Shown here: piece by piece, positions 29,311 through 38,034 of the stretch
How positions within the stretch are numbered: the first letter of the stretch is position 1
Layout of the letters: each line of letters opens with the position of its first letter
Source of the DNA: an uncultured Dehalococcoidales bacterium
GTDB taxonomy: Bacteria > Chloroflexota > Dehalococcoidia > GIF9 > AB-539-J10
Direction of reading: 5' to 3'
NCBI GenBank assembly: GCA_964625765.1
Contig: CAZVCS010000002.1
Coordinates: 1-45,548, forward strand
DNA length: 45,548 nucleotides
Notes under the pieces: generated by a model
Told to the model about the DNA's origin: nothing
The model's input: only the letters and a program-made list of their open reading frames with translations
Databases searched by the model: none
Program-made: the position numbers and the translations under genes

Positions 29311-29919
29311 ATGCCGACTGAACGCGTTGCCATTTTCATCGACGGCAGCAATCTCTATCACGCGCTCGAGGCTACGCTGAAGCGCCACGATCTGAACTTC
29401 ACCGAGTTCGTGAAGACGCTGTGTGGTGATCGTGGCCTGTTCCGGACCTACTACTACAACGCTCTGCAGGATGCTGTTGCCCGCCCGGACGCTTTCAAAG
29501 AGCAGCAGGACTTCCTCGATTCGCTGCGCAAGACGCCTTACCTGGAAGTCCGCCTGGGCATCATCAAGACCACGCAGGGGACGCAGATAGAGAAGGGGGT
29601 CGACATAATGCTAGCCACCGACCTCCTGTACTTCGCGTGGAACAACTTCTACGACACCGCGGTGCTCGTCAGCGGCGACGCCGACTTCGCCTATGCCCTC
29701 CAGGCGGTCAAGAACATGGGCAAGCATGTCGAGGTGGCGTACTTCGAAGGTGCGACCGCCCGCGAGCTGCTGAATGTGGCCGACGCGCGGCATCAACTCG
29801 ACCGGGCTTTCTTTGCAAACCTCTTCACCGCGCGACGCCGCAAGCGCCGCAGAAGAGGCGCCGGGGCTCAGTCTCAGTCACCGGAGTCGGCTGCGGTTGC
29901 GGAAGGGCGTACCGCCTAA
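29311..29919 (+). CDS. NYN-domain (LabA/DUF88-like) protein, putative RNase
   Basis: RVAIFIDGSNLYHAL ... GVDIMLATDL ... AVLVSGDADFAYAL. The C-terminal tail is very basic (RRRKRRRRG). I prefer the ATG at 29311, which has SD GGGAGG 8 nt upstream, over the track start at 29284. A TATACT box lies at 29271-29276. Confidence 0.75.
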   Translation: MPTERVAIFIDGSNLYHALEATLKRHDLNFTEFVKTLCGDRGLFRTYYYNALQDAVARPDAFKEQQDFLDSLRKTPYLEVRLGIIKTTQGTQIEKGVDIMLATDLLYFAWNNFYDTAVLVSGDADFAYALQAVKNMGKHVEVAYFEGATARELLNVADARHQLDRAFFANLFTARRRKRRRRGAGAQSQSPESAAVAEGRTA

Positions 29920-31157
29920 CCTTCCCAGCGCTTCAGTACGAGAACTGCGTTCATCCCGCCGAAGCCGAACGACTGCGAAATGGCGGTCGTGACCGGCGCC
30001 TCGCGTTTCACGTTCGGCACGTAGTCGAGGTCGCAGGCCGGGTCGGGATTATCGTAGTTGATGGTTGGCGGAACGACTCCCTCCACGAGCGTCAACGCGG
30101 TGAAGATGGCCTCGACCGCGCCCGACGCCGCCCACATGTGGCCAATCATCGACTTGTTGGAGCTGACCATGAGACTGGACGCGTGACGGCCGAAGGCCTT
30201 CTTCAGGGCCATGGTCTCCGACAGGTCGCCCAGAACGGTGGCCGTGCCGTGCGCGTTGACGTACTGCACATCGGATGGAGCCGCCTGGGCGTCCTCGAGT
30301 GCCAGCAGGATGCATCGCGCCTGACTCTCAAAGTCCGGCTTGGTGGCATGGTACGCATCAATGTTCGACGCGAAGCCCGCAAGTTCAGCGTAGATGCGCG
30401 CCCCGCGCTGGCGCGCACGCTCTAGTTCCTCCAACACCAGAACGCCGGCACCTTCGCCGTTCACAAACCCATCGCGGTCCCTCTCGAATGGACGGCTCGC
30501 CTGCTGCGGTTCATCGTTCCGCGTGGAACTCGCCTTCAGTCGCGCAAGACTGTCGATGAAGATGGGGACGATCTGAGCCTCCGACGCGCCGGCAATCATG
30601 ATGTCGGCCTCACCGTGCTGGATGAATCGCATGGCGTCTCCGATGGCATGGCCCCCGGTGGCGCAGGCAGTGCTGATGCCGCGGCTCGGCCCCTTGAGGC
30701 CGAACACGACGCTGATGTCATTCGCGCCGGCGCTCGGGATGTACATGGAGGCGAGCATCTTCGAGACACCCTCGATGTTGCCCTCCGCGGGCGTCCGCAT
30801 GTTGTGGCACAGGGTGCCGATGCCTCCCACGGCGCTTCCGAGGATGACTCCCGTGCGGTACGAGACAGCCTCGGTCATCTCGATTCGCGAGTCATCAAGC
30901 GCCATGCGCGTCGCCGCGATGGCGTACTGTGCAAAGAGATCCGAGCGCCTCGCAATCTTGCGGTCCATGAACTGCGTGGCATCGAACCCCTTCACCTCTC
31001 CCGCTATCTGAGTGGACATGCCCGATGCGTCGAACCGCGTGATGGGGCCGATGCCGGACTGCCCCTCGCACAGTGGTCTCCATGACTCCTGAACGCCAAT
31101 ACCCAGGGGCGTCAGCGCGCCTGCCCCGGTGATGACGACTCTTCGGCCGGTCTTCAT
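29916..31157 (-). CDS. fabF: beta-ketoacyl-ACP synthase II
   Basis: Active-site Cys in ISTACATGGHAIGDA, the His residues in NAHGTAT and GHMWAASG, and GFGGMNAVLVL at the C-terminus. I placed the start at the ATG at 31157 (MKTGRRVVITGAG). Confidence 0.9.
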   Translation of the reverse strand: MKTGRRVVITGAGALTPLGIGVQESWRPLCEGQSGIGPITRFDASGMSTQIAGEVKGFDATQFMDRKIARRSDLFAQYAIAATRMALDDSRIEMTEAVSYRTGVILGSAVGGIGTLCHNMRTPAEGNIEGVSKMLASMYIPSAGANDISVVFGLKGPSRGISTACATGGHAIGDAMRFIQHGEADIMIAGASEAQIVPIFIDSLARLKASSTRNDEPQQASRPFERDRDGFVNGEGAGVLVLEELERARQRGARIYAELAGFASNIDAYHATKPDFESQARCILLALEDAQAAPSDVQYVNAHGTATVLGDLSETMALKKAFGRHASSLMVSSNKSMIGHMWAASGAVEAIFTALTLVEGVVPPTINYDNPDPACDLDYVPNVKREAPVTTAISQSFGFGGMNAVLVLKRWEG

Positions 31158-31183
31158 TCTTGTGCTCGCCCCCTTGGTTGTTC

Positions 31184-32128
31184 TTATTGCCTCAGTCCGC
31201 ACTCAGCCCCGGGCGAAATCAGAACATCCGCGTGTCCCGAGGTCGTGACAACTCCGTGCTCGTTGCTGACCCAGACGGTGCATCTGGCCGGCGTCGGAGT
31301 GGACGAAGCTGCAGTCGACATGATAGCACCGCCGGCCGTCAGGATTGCTCCGGCCAGATCCATTCGTCGATGTTGAACCGTCAACCGCCGGACGCTGGCC
31401 GGACCGCCCAGCCAGTCCTTCAGCATTCGGCCGATGAGTGCGGTTTTGTAGAGCCCCTGGATAATGACGCCCGGCAACCCGGTCGACCTGGCGTAGTCTG
31501 CATCGTAGTGGATGTCGACCGGCTCGGCCGTGGCGACGGCGAACATCGACAGGTAGCGGATGGTTACCGGGCCAATGGTCACCGGCGGAAGTCCGCTCGG
31601 CGGTGTTTTCGCCTGGGCGCCGGACGGTACCGGTGTCGCCCCCGCACCCAGAGGGCGTGCCACACAGTGCAGCGTTCGCCGCAGCGCCAGAGTGCTGTCT
31701 GATGCTGTGAACTCCTTGCTCACTTCGAAGAAGATGAGGCGGCCTGTCCGGCCCTGCTTTTCGCGAGCATCTTCAAACCGCTCGTGGCACATCAGCGTCA
31801 TTCCGGTCCGCACCGGCTTGAAGAACTCGAAGTCGTCCCCTGTGGCGATGGCCAGCCACCCCTCGGGCAGGGGGAGCGGCAGACTGAACATACCCCGAGG
31901 GTCTCCGGCGGGGATGGTGGACAGCCCGGTAGCGCCGCCGAAGAACGTCGGTGGAGCCATCAGACCTTCGCTGCCTGGAGAGTCCCATGACGGGTCGGAA
32001 TGCAGCGAGACGTCCGGGTCCATGAGCGAGTCGGCGAACAGCTTTACCGAGCCGCGGTCGATGTAGTAGGGCATCGGAGTCGCCTGCATGCCGCGGCAAC
32101 GTCGCATCAACTCGAGTTCCTGAGACAT
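31184..32128 (-). CDS. double hot-dog MaoC-family (R)-hydratase/dehydratase
   Basis: 314 aa. An N-terminal MaoC-N-like hot-dog fold plus a C-terminal MaoC dehydratase fold (PVDIHYDADYARSTGLPGVIIQGLY). It lies immediately upstream of fabF. I placed the start at the ATG at 32128, which has SD GAGGA. Confidence 0.7.
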   Translation of the reverse strand: MSQELELMRRCRGMQATPMPYYIDRGSVKLFADSLMDPDVSLHSDPSWDSPGSEGLMAPPTFFGGATGLSTIPAGDPRGMFSLPLPLPEGWLAIATGDDFEFFKPVRTGMTLMCHERFEDAREKQGRTGRLIFFEVSKEFTASDSTLALRRTLHCVARPLGAGATPVPSGAQAKTPPSGLPPVTIGPVTIRYLSMFAVATAEPVDIHYDADYARSTGLPGVIIQGLYKTALIGRMLKDWLGGPASVRRLTVQHRRMDLAGAILTAGGAIMSTAASSTPTPARCTVWVSNEHGVVTTSGHADVLISPGAECGLRQ

Positions 32129-32207
32129 GTCGTCCTCGATTCGATGTAGCGGGATTGGAGGCAACCGCGAAGACCGCAACTCCCGGGGTTAGGCGCGCCT
32201 GCACATC

Positions 32208-32292
32208 TGGTGGGGAAGGAGGGATTTGAACCCTCACGCCTTGCGGCACATGATCCTAAGTCATGCTCGTCTGCCGGTTCCGACACTCCCCC
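32208..32292 (-). tRNA. tRNA-Leu (anticodon TAG)
   Basis: Reverse strand GGGGGAGTGTCGGAACCGGCAGACGAGCATGACTTAGGATCATGTGCCGCAAGGCGTGAGGGTTCAAATCCCTCCTTCCCCACCA. It has a 7-bp acceptor stem, anticodon arm CATGA-CTTAGGA-TCATG, a long variable arm, a TTCAAAT T-loop and an encoded CCA. Confidence 0.93.
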
Positions 32293-32358
32293 AGCAGGTA
32301 CGGGTCTGCAGAACAGAACCCGCCACGGACCTGCCTTCTTCGAGTCCGTCTCGATTGA

Positions 32359-32367
32359 ATTCTAGCA
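32359..32367 (-). promoter_or_regulatory. extended -10 element upstream of tRNA-Leu
   Basis: Reverse strand TGCTAGAAT, about 65 nt upstream of the mature tRNA 5' end. Confidence 0.4.
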
Positions 32368-32550
32368 GATGCGCACTCGTCCAAGGACGTCGTTGCTGCC
32401 GCTGGCAAGGGACGCCCCGGGCTCGCCGTCAGGCGCGCCTGCCGCATGGCGCGCCGTGATGCGTCTCCGCTGTACGCCATGCTATCATGCAGCCTCTGCA
32501 GCACGTGCTGCCCGGGCCCGTCACCGGTCAGCAGAAGGGAGAACCAACCC

Positions 32551-32955
32551 ATGAATCAGGGCTTCACTCGCGCGACAGAGGATGAGCATCGCCAGACCAT
32601 TATCACCTATCGTTCCGTCCCTCAGGTCGAGCTCACCAGGGGCGCCAACAGCCACATCGTGGCGGGGAAGAACATGACGCTCAGTTTCGCCCACCTCGAC
32701 GCCGGCTCCTATTTTCCGGTGCACGTACACGACAACATAGAGCAGCTCATGCTTGTCCTGAAAGGTGAGTTGGACGCCATTCTCGACGGCAAGTTCTTCC
32801 GGATGAAGCCGGGAGACATCATTCTGTTCCCTGCCGGACGTGAGCACGGGTCACAGGCACTCCAAGATGACTGCGACATCGTCGACATCTTCAGCCCTGC
32901 CCGGCCGGAGTACGAAAACAAGCTGAAGCAGGTCCTCGCCGCCGGCGGCGCCTAG
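32551..32955 (+). CDS. cupin-domain protein
   Basis: 134 aa from MNQGFTR..., with SD AAGGGAG upstream. Cupin motifs are present (FPVHVHDNIEQLMLVLKGEL ... GDIILFPAGREHG). An extended -10, TGCTATCAT, lies at 32480-32488. Confidence 0.7.
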   Translation: MNQGFTRATEDEHRQTIITYRSVPQVELTRGANSHIVAGKNMTLSFAHLDAGSYFPVHVHDNIEQLMLVLKGELDAILDGKFFRMKPGDIILFPAGREHGSQALQDDCDIVDIFSPARPEYENKLKQVLAAGGA

Positions 32956-32998
32956 CGACATCTGCCCGATGTCTGTGGCAGTCCTCGCGCCGACCCGC

Positions 32999-33865
32999 CT
33001 AGGAGGCGGCCGCCTCCCTGGCGCCGGCTACCATGGCGGCCAGCTTTGCTTGCACCGCCTCGCGCGGCAGAAGCCGCAGGCCGCAGTCCGGGTGTATCGC
33101 GAGCCGCTCGTCGGGCACGATGGCGCGTGCTCTTCGTATCAGGGCAGCCACGTCAGACACGGATTCGACTGTGGGGGTCTTCGTGTCGATGCAGCCCAAG
33201 CCGAGCATCTTGTCCGTTGACTTGAGGGCAGGTGAGCCGAGCACGTCTTCGTTCTTATCGCCCATGAATGCGTGAGACAGAAGCCGGAGCCCGCGCCACT
33301 CGACAATCTGAGGGAAGATGGCTCCGACACCACCGCAAACGTGCATTGCCACCGGAACATGCAGTCCGGTCGCCAGGTGTTCCACGGCCTTGCGGGCTAT
33401 TCCCATCGGGGCGCCCACGGAGAGGAACGGTTCGTCGACCTGGATCCACTCAGCTCCCTCTGCCTCAAGAGCGAGGGCGATGTGAAGCAGGGCCTCCGCG
33501 GTATCGAGATAGACGCTCTCGTCGCGGTACCCGGCGTACGACGCCTTGATACGCGAGGAGAACACAAGCGTGACGGGTCCCGTGATGAGCCCCTTCACCC
33601 TCGGCGCATATGACTTCGCAAGCCGGAAGTCGGACACGAACTCGTCCGGGCGGCCGCGTCCTATCTTGCCGGTGATGACGCTCTTGCCATCGTACTCGTA
33701 GCCCTCTACGGCCCGGGCAAAGTACTCGATCATGTCGTAACGCGTTTGACCATCGGTCACCAGGTCGATTCCGGCCGCGAGTTGGTCTTCAACCGCCAGT
33801 CTGATGGCATCGGGGCCGAGCTCGGCGAACTTCAGGGGATAGCTTCCGATTACTGTCGTGAACAT
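32999..33865 (-). CDS. short cobalamin-independent methionine synthase (MetE C-terminal domain-like) family protein
   Basis: 288 aa. MFTTVIGSYPL..., LVTDGQTRYDM, zinc-ligand-like HVCGG and IHPDCGL. This resembles the ~300-aa single-domain MetE homologues. Confidence 0.7.
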   Translation of the reverse strand: MFTTVIGSYPLKFAELGPDAIRLAVEDQLAAGIDLVTDGQTRYDMIEYFARAVEGYEYDGKSVITGKIGRGRPDEFVSDFRLAKSYAPRVKGLITGPVTLVFSSRIKASYAGYRDESVYLDTAEALLHIALALEAEGAEWIQVDEPFLSVGAPMGIARKAVEHLATGLHVPVAMHVCGGVGAIFPQIVEWRGLRLLSHAFMGDKNEDVLGSPALKSTDKMLGLGCIDTKTPTVESVSDVAALIRRARAIVPDERLAIHPDCGLRLLPREAVQAKLAAMVAGAREAAAS

Positions 33866-33930
33866 ACGGTTTTTCTCCTCATTCTGCGACTCCGTCCAGA
33901 CTACCGATACCCTGGTGGGGAGAAACGGCG

Positions 33931-34161
33931 CTAGCCCTGACCGGCGGTGGCGCTCCCGTCCTCCGTTGCCTTTCCGCGCCGCGTCTTCTTCACGGGCGGC
34001 GAACCATTCCGAAGCTCGGTGAACCGTCCTATCGGCGCAGAGTGGACGCTGCCGTCAGCTCGCTCGAAGAGCATCTTGGGCAGACCGTCCTGGTCGACGA
34101 AGATGTCGAGCACCTCGACCTCCTCTTCCTCGGTCCGATTCGGATGGTACTGCGCCTTCAT
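33931..34161 (-). CDS. small hypothetical protein (76 aa)
   Basis: MKAQYHPNRTEEEEVEVLDIF... Its ATG overlaps the TGA stop of the upstream HD gene (ATGA at 34158-34161). The frame has high G/C third-position bias. It is the C-terminal part of track ORF 33931..34407. Confidence 0.5.
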   Translation of the reverse strand: MKAQYHPNRTEEEEVEVLDIFVDQDGLPKMLFERADGSVHSAPIGRFTELRNGSPPVKKTRRGKATEDGSATAGQG

Positions 34162-35402
34162 TCCTGACGCACCGGTGATGCCGCGACGCCGTCCATGTGC
34201 GCGCGGCCCCCGCTTCCTGAGAACCACGAGTGGAGCGAGATCAGGTCGACCCCTGCGACGGCGCCTGACGCGTACTTCAGCGCAATCGCATTCATGGCCC
34301 GCTCCAGCTCGGGCGACGAAATGCCGTTCTCGCGCGCAAGGTACGCTTCCATGAAGGCCGCAAGGTCGTCGACCGCCTTCACAAGCTCGCCGTCGCGCGG
34401 GTTGCACTCATCGCTGTTGTAACACTGATCCATCTGGCAGGCGGAAGCATGGACGGTGGCGCCGCTGGCGGATGCGACGTTGCGGAACTCATCTTCCGTG
34501 AAGAGTCGGAGGTCGGCGTGCCAACCTTCCGGCACAAGCGGATAGACCTTCTCCTCCATCTCATCGCGCTCGTACGTCTTGATGAGCGTACTCAGACCCT
34601 TCACCGAGTGTTTGACCGGCGAGATGATGTCCCTGGTGAGAGCCTCGGGCAGGTCGTGAAAGAGGCCGGTGAAGTAGTTGTTCACGCACCGGCGAGGGCA
34701 GCAGCCCCGTTCAAGCGAAAGGAGGTACGACACCATGGCGACTATCAGCATGTGGCCGAGGACGGACGTCCGTGGAATCCGGTGGACATGGCTCCAACGG
34801 ACCTGAAAGCGCAGCAGACCACAGAGGTCTACAAAGCTACGCAGATTGGACCTCAGCAGCAACTCCCGTAGACCGGGCAGGTCGAGATACGTCTCCTGTT
34901 GCGAATCGAGGCGAGCGCCGATGCGGTCGATCTCGTGCCCGTCGGGGTTCGCCCGGCGGATGATGTCGAACTCCCACCGGGTGGCGAAGAAATGAGCCGC
35001 GTGCAGCACACGCTGGCAGTGAATCTCCTCAGCATCGGAGAAGTAGCGCCTGAACCGTTCGCAGAAACCGGCGCCCAGGGGCGCGATCGCGTTCTCCAGT
35101 TCGGAGTACACCCAGTCGTTCAGTTCCTGATACCTGACGGGGTCCTCCTTTATCTTGTAGAAGACCTGGGGCTTGAGGTCCGTCAGCACCAGGCGCTGCA
35201 AGTACTCGAAGATCCCGCCTTCGATGAGCGCGGGCCAGTCCATCCCCCTCGATTGCTGCTCGAACTTGCCGAGCACATACGCCACGACCATCTTGTGCGC
35301 CTGCTTGTCAAGCTCGGTCAGCTCGACCGGGCGTATCTGGTCGTTCCAGCGCTGCATGTATGCCGCGTTGAACAGCCGGATGAGGAGCTCTCGTGTCACC
35401 AT
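34158..35402 (-). CDS. HD-domain hydrolase (YfbR-like, apparently tandem HD-like repeats)
   Basis: 414 aa from MVTRELLIRLFNAAYMQRWND... A canonical unit is present (RFQVRWSHVHRIPRTSVLGHML ... LFHDLPEALTRDI). An N-terminal unit has RW...H but LTDL in place of HD. The upstream part of the 722-aa track ORF is antisense to the MBL gene, so I excluded it. Confidence 0.7.
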   Translation of the reverse strand: MVTRELLIRLFNAAYMQRWNDQIRPVELTELDKQAHKMVVAYVLGKFEQQSRGMDWPALIEGGIFEYLQRLVLTDLKPQVFYKIKEDPVRYQELNDWVYSELENAIAPLGAGFCERFRRYFSDAEEIHCQRVLHAAHFFATRWEFDIIRRANPDGHEIDRIGARLDSQQETYLDLPGLRELLLRSNLRSFVDLCGLLRFQVRWSHVHRIPRTSVLGHMLIVAMVSYLLSLERGCCPRRCVNNYFTGLFHDLPEALTRDIISPVKHSVKGLSTLIKTYERDEMEEKVYPLVPEGWHADLRLFTEDEFRNVASASGATVHASACQMDQCYNSDECNPRDGELVKAVDDLAAFMEAYLARENGISSPELERAMNAIALKYASGAVAGVDLISLHSWFSGSGGRAHMDGVAASPVRQE

Positions 35403-35500
35403 CGAACAGGGGGCCTTGTAGAAGCTTCGTCGCCGCATTATACACCGGCTCCCGGACAGTGCATGCCGTCTGCAGACTGGCAGGGCGTCGCTCGTCGTCA

Positions 35501-35509
35501 TGGTAGAAT
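35501..35509 (+). promoter_or_regulatory. extended -10 element upstream of the MBL-fold gene
   Basis: TGGTAGAAT, 43 nt upstream of the ATG at 35553. The divergent HD gene has TATAAT on the reverse strand at 35437-35442. Confidence 0.5.
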
Positions 35510-35552
35510 GTCTGGCCCTTGTCTCGAACCGAGAAGACCAGGAGGAGTTGGC

Positions 35553-36455
35553 ATGTGGCTGAAAGAGCCCTGCAAGGTGAACCAGTCTATAGACTTCATA
35601 GGCACGCATGAGTTGTGCTCGTATCTCGTGCGAGGCGACGACATACTCATCGTCGGTGGCAGCATGAGCCATGCGACTCCAGCGCTGAGACGCCAGCTCG
35701 ACGAAATGGCTCTTGACCCCGACCGCGTCAAGTACGCAGTCGTAACTCACTCGCATTTCGACCATTGTGGGGCTATTCCCTACTTCCGGGAGCGCTTTCC
35801 CAGGATGCAGGTGCTGGGAACCTCGGCAAGCGCGGAAGCACTGTCCAAGCCGAAGGTGGCCGCATATAACGCACGGGCCAATGACGATGCCGCCCAGCAG
35901 GCATGTGTTCTCGACCAGTGCCTGCATCTGTGCGATTGTCCGTCGGCACTGGCAATCGACCGCGTGGTCGCCGACGGTGAGCGGATAGACCTCGGCCGCG
36001 GTGTCTCGGTCGAGTTCTACGAAGTTCCCGGGCACAGCAAGTGCTGCGTCGCAACGTGGGTTCCTTCGTGCAGGGCGCTGTTCCCCACGGACACCAGCCC
36101 CCAGCCGGTTTCGAGTCATCTCGATCTGTCGTTTCCTTCGGCGCAGTTCGATTTCGACCGGTATGTCGCGTCGCTGCGGCGTCTGCTCGAGTTCGATGTC
36201 GACATCCTCGGAATGGACCACTACGGCGTGCTGCTGCATGAACAGGCCGGTGAATACCTGCGGCTGGGACTCGAGAAGACGCTGTCGTTCGGAGACGAGG
36301 TGCGTCGCAGATATGAAGAGAGTCACGACCTCGATGAGGTATCGCGCCAGTTCGCCCGTGAGGGACTTGCCAAGGTCCGCCTGCCGTTCATCACGGATGA
36401 GTTGATGTTCATCATCACGCGGGCGATGATCAAGTCCATCGTATCGGCGGACTGA
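35553..36455 (+). CDS. metallo-beta-lactamase-fold hydrolase
   Basis: 300 aa from MWLKEPCKV... SD GGAGGAG lies 5 nt upstream. HxHxDH motif THSHFDHCG and a later EVPGHS motif are present. Confidence 0.8.
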   Translation: MWLKEPCKVNQSIDFIGTHELCSYLVRGDDILIVGGSMSHATPALRRQLDEMALDPDRVKYAVVTHSHFDHCGAIPYFRERFPRMQVLGTSASAEALSKPKVAAYNARANDDAAQQACVLDQCLHLCDCPSALAIDRVVADGERIDLGRGVSVEFYEVPGHSKCCVATWVPSCRALFPTDTSPQPVSSHLDLSFPSAQFDFDRYVASLRRLLEFDVDILGMDHYGVLLHEQAGEYLRLGLEKTLSFGDEVRRRYEESHDLDEVSRQFAREGLAKVRLPFITDELMFIITRAMIKSIVSAD

Positions 36456-36477
36456 CGGCCGGTTCGCGCAGAAATGA

Positions 36478-36502
36478 ACGGGGCCCCGTGAAGGGGCCCC
36501 GT
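36478..36502. terminator. bidirectional hairpin between the convergent MBL and zinc-ribbon genes
   Basis: acggggcccc-gtgaa-ggggccccgt is a perfect 10-bp GC-rich stem with a 5-nt loop. Confidence 0.6.
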
Positions 36503-36526
36503 GCGTGTCCGAGTGGCTTTGAAGCG

Positions 36527-36823
36527 CTACCTGCTGCGGAGCCGACCGAAGCAGTCACTGCAGTACACCGGGCGACCATCGCGCGGTTCGAATGGCACTT
36601 CGCAATCCTTGCCGCACTGAGCACAGGTCGCACTGTACATCTGCCTGCCCTGGAATCCGTCTCCACCGTCGGTCCGCTGAGACCTCCGGTTCCGGCGGCA
36701 GGTAAGGCATCGCTTGGGCTCGTTGGTGTAGCCCTTGGACGCGAAGAACTCCTGCTCCTCAGCAGTGAACACGAATTCCGCGCCGCAATCTGCACACTGA
36801 AGCGTCTTGTCTGCGAAACTCAC
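36527..36823 (-). CDS. zinc-ribbon protein (CxxC-x17-CxxC domain family)
   Basis: 98 aa. First knuckle pair CADC...CLTC, second CAQC-x17-CSDC. GTG start with SD GGAGG 7 nt upstream. Confidence 0.8.
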   Translation of the reverse strand: MSFADKTLQCADCGAEFVFTAEEQEFFASKGYTNEPKRCLTCRRNRRSQRTDGGDGFQGRQMYSATCAQCGKDCEVPFEPRDGRPVYCSDCFGRLRSR

Positions 36824-36938
36824 CGGATGACCTCCTTTCCTCGGGATTTGGTCCTAGTTTCGGTCATCCAGTGCACCCAGGGGATCGCTTTGTGGAATCG
36901 GAGGACTCGATAACCTACGCTGGCCAGCAACGAGCGGA

Positions 36939-36967
36939 AGTATAGAGAATGAAACATGCGTTTTCAA
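36939..36967 (-). promoter_or_regulatory. sigma-70-type promoter of the zinc-ribbon gene
   Basis: Reverse strand: TTGAAA (36962-36967), 17-nt spacer, TATACT (36939-36944). This predicts a leader of about 110 nt. Confidence 0.5.
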
Positions 36968-37047
36968 CAGATTGAGACCGACTGTCGAGATTCTTGTCGT
37001 TCCGGCGCGGGCCGGGGACCGGCATGCGTTCGCGCCTCACGTCTTCG

Positions 37048-38031
37048 TCACACGTGGAACTCGACAACGTCGCCATCCCGGAGCACGTGTGTTTTGCTCA
37101 CGGTCTGCCCCTGGAATCTGCCGGACCCCCAGACAACTGCGTACTTCAGCTCGCGCCCGAAATCCTTGTGGATTGCGACGGCAGCCTCTCCCACTGTCGC
37201 GTCGCGACGCAGGATGACCGGCTCGCTCATGTCGGCCTTGTGACCCGGAGCCTTGGTGTAGACGCGGATAATCTCCAGACTATCGTACAGAGCCTCCGCC
37301 AGTTCGGGCAGTCCTTCGCCTTCCAGGGCCGAGACCGCCGATATGCGGAACCGCGATTCATACTGCTCGCGCAACAGCTTGGCGTGGCCGTAGGCCCCGG
37401 GGAGGTCGCTCTTATTGCCAATGATTGCCATCTTCCTGATGTAGGTGCCTTCCGCAGACGCCTCATGAGGTGACGCGTCCCGTGGCAGGATGTGGCTCTC
37501 AGCCAGTTCGGCGAGGGTGTACTCGACCTGAGACACCGGCTCCTGACCCAGGTCGACGACCAGCGCTATGACGTCGGCCACGCGCAGAACGCTGGACAGG
37601 AGGATGCGGACATTGCGATGACCGAGAGGCGGCGTGTCGACGAGCTGAATCTGGATGTCCTTGTATGCCATCATGCCTGGCAGGGGTGTCTGTGTCGTGT
37701 ACGGGTACATGGCGATTTCGGGAGTGGCTCCGGTTAATGCGGCGAGAAGCTGTGACTTGCCGGTATTCGCCGGTCCGGCGAAGACGATCTGACCCGCCCC
37801 CTCCCGCCGCACGAGGAAGCCGGCCCGCCTGGCGGTGGCAAGCTTCCGCTCGGATTCCTGCGAGAGCTTGGCTATGCGGGCGCGGAGGCTGGCTTGCAGC
37901 TTGTCCGTGCCCTTGTGGTGGGGCATGATGCCAAGCATCTCCTGCAACGCCGCGATCTTGTCATCGACGTCCTTGGCGTTGCGGAAGCGCTTGTCTGCCT
38001 CGTAGTACTGAGGCGGTAGATTGGCCGGCAC
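37048..38031 (-). CDS. DRG/Rbg-like OBG-family GTPase with C-terminal TGS domain
   Basis: 327 aa. N-terminal helical segment (HHKGTDKLQASLRARIAKL) as in DRG proteins. G1 GPANTGKS, G4 NKSD, and a TGS domain (IIRVYTKAPG ... VLRDGDVVEFHV). The G3 position reads DTPP (37628-37639) instead of DxxG. GTG start 3 nt after the J-protein stop. Confidence 0.82.
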   Translation of the reverse strand: MPANLPPQYYEADKRFRNAKDVDDKIAALQEMLGIMPHHKGTDKLQASLRARIAKLSQESERKLATARRAGFLVRREGAGQIVFAGPANTGKSQLLAALTGATPEIAMYPYTTQTPLPGMMAYKDIQIQLVDTPPLGHRNVRILLSSVLRVADVIALVVDLGQEPVSQVEYTLAELAESHILPRDASPHEASAEGTYIRKMAIIGNKSDLPGAYGHAKLLREQYESRFRISAVSALEGEGLPELAEALYDSLEIIRVYTKAPGHKADMSEPVILRRDATVGEAAVAIHKDFGRELKYAVVWGSGRFQGQTVSKTHVLRDGDVVEFHV

Positions 38032-38034
38032 TGA

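Noticed and set aside
34158-36326. A 722-aa ORF that appears to fuse an N-terminal extension to the HD-domain protein.
   Set aside because: The N-terminal ~308 codons are antisense to the well-supported MBL-fold gene (35553..36455) and run across the divergent promoter region. They have a low-complexity R/Q/H/V-rich composition. Homology to HD proteins begins at MVTREL (35402).
36478-36502. An apparent direct repeat of ggggccccgtg.
   Set aside because: It is a by-product of the palindromic GGGGCCCC core of a single hairpin, not a repeat family.
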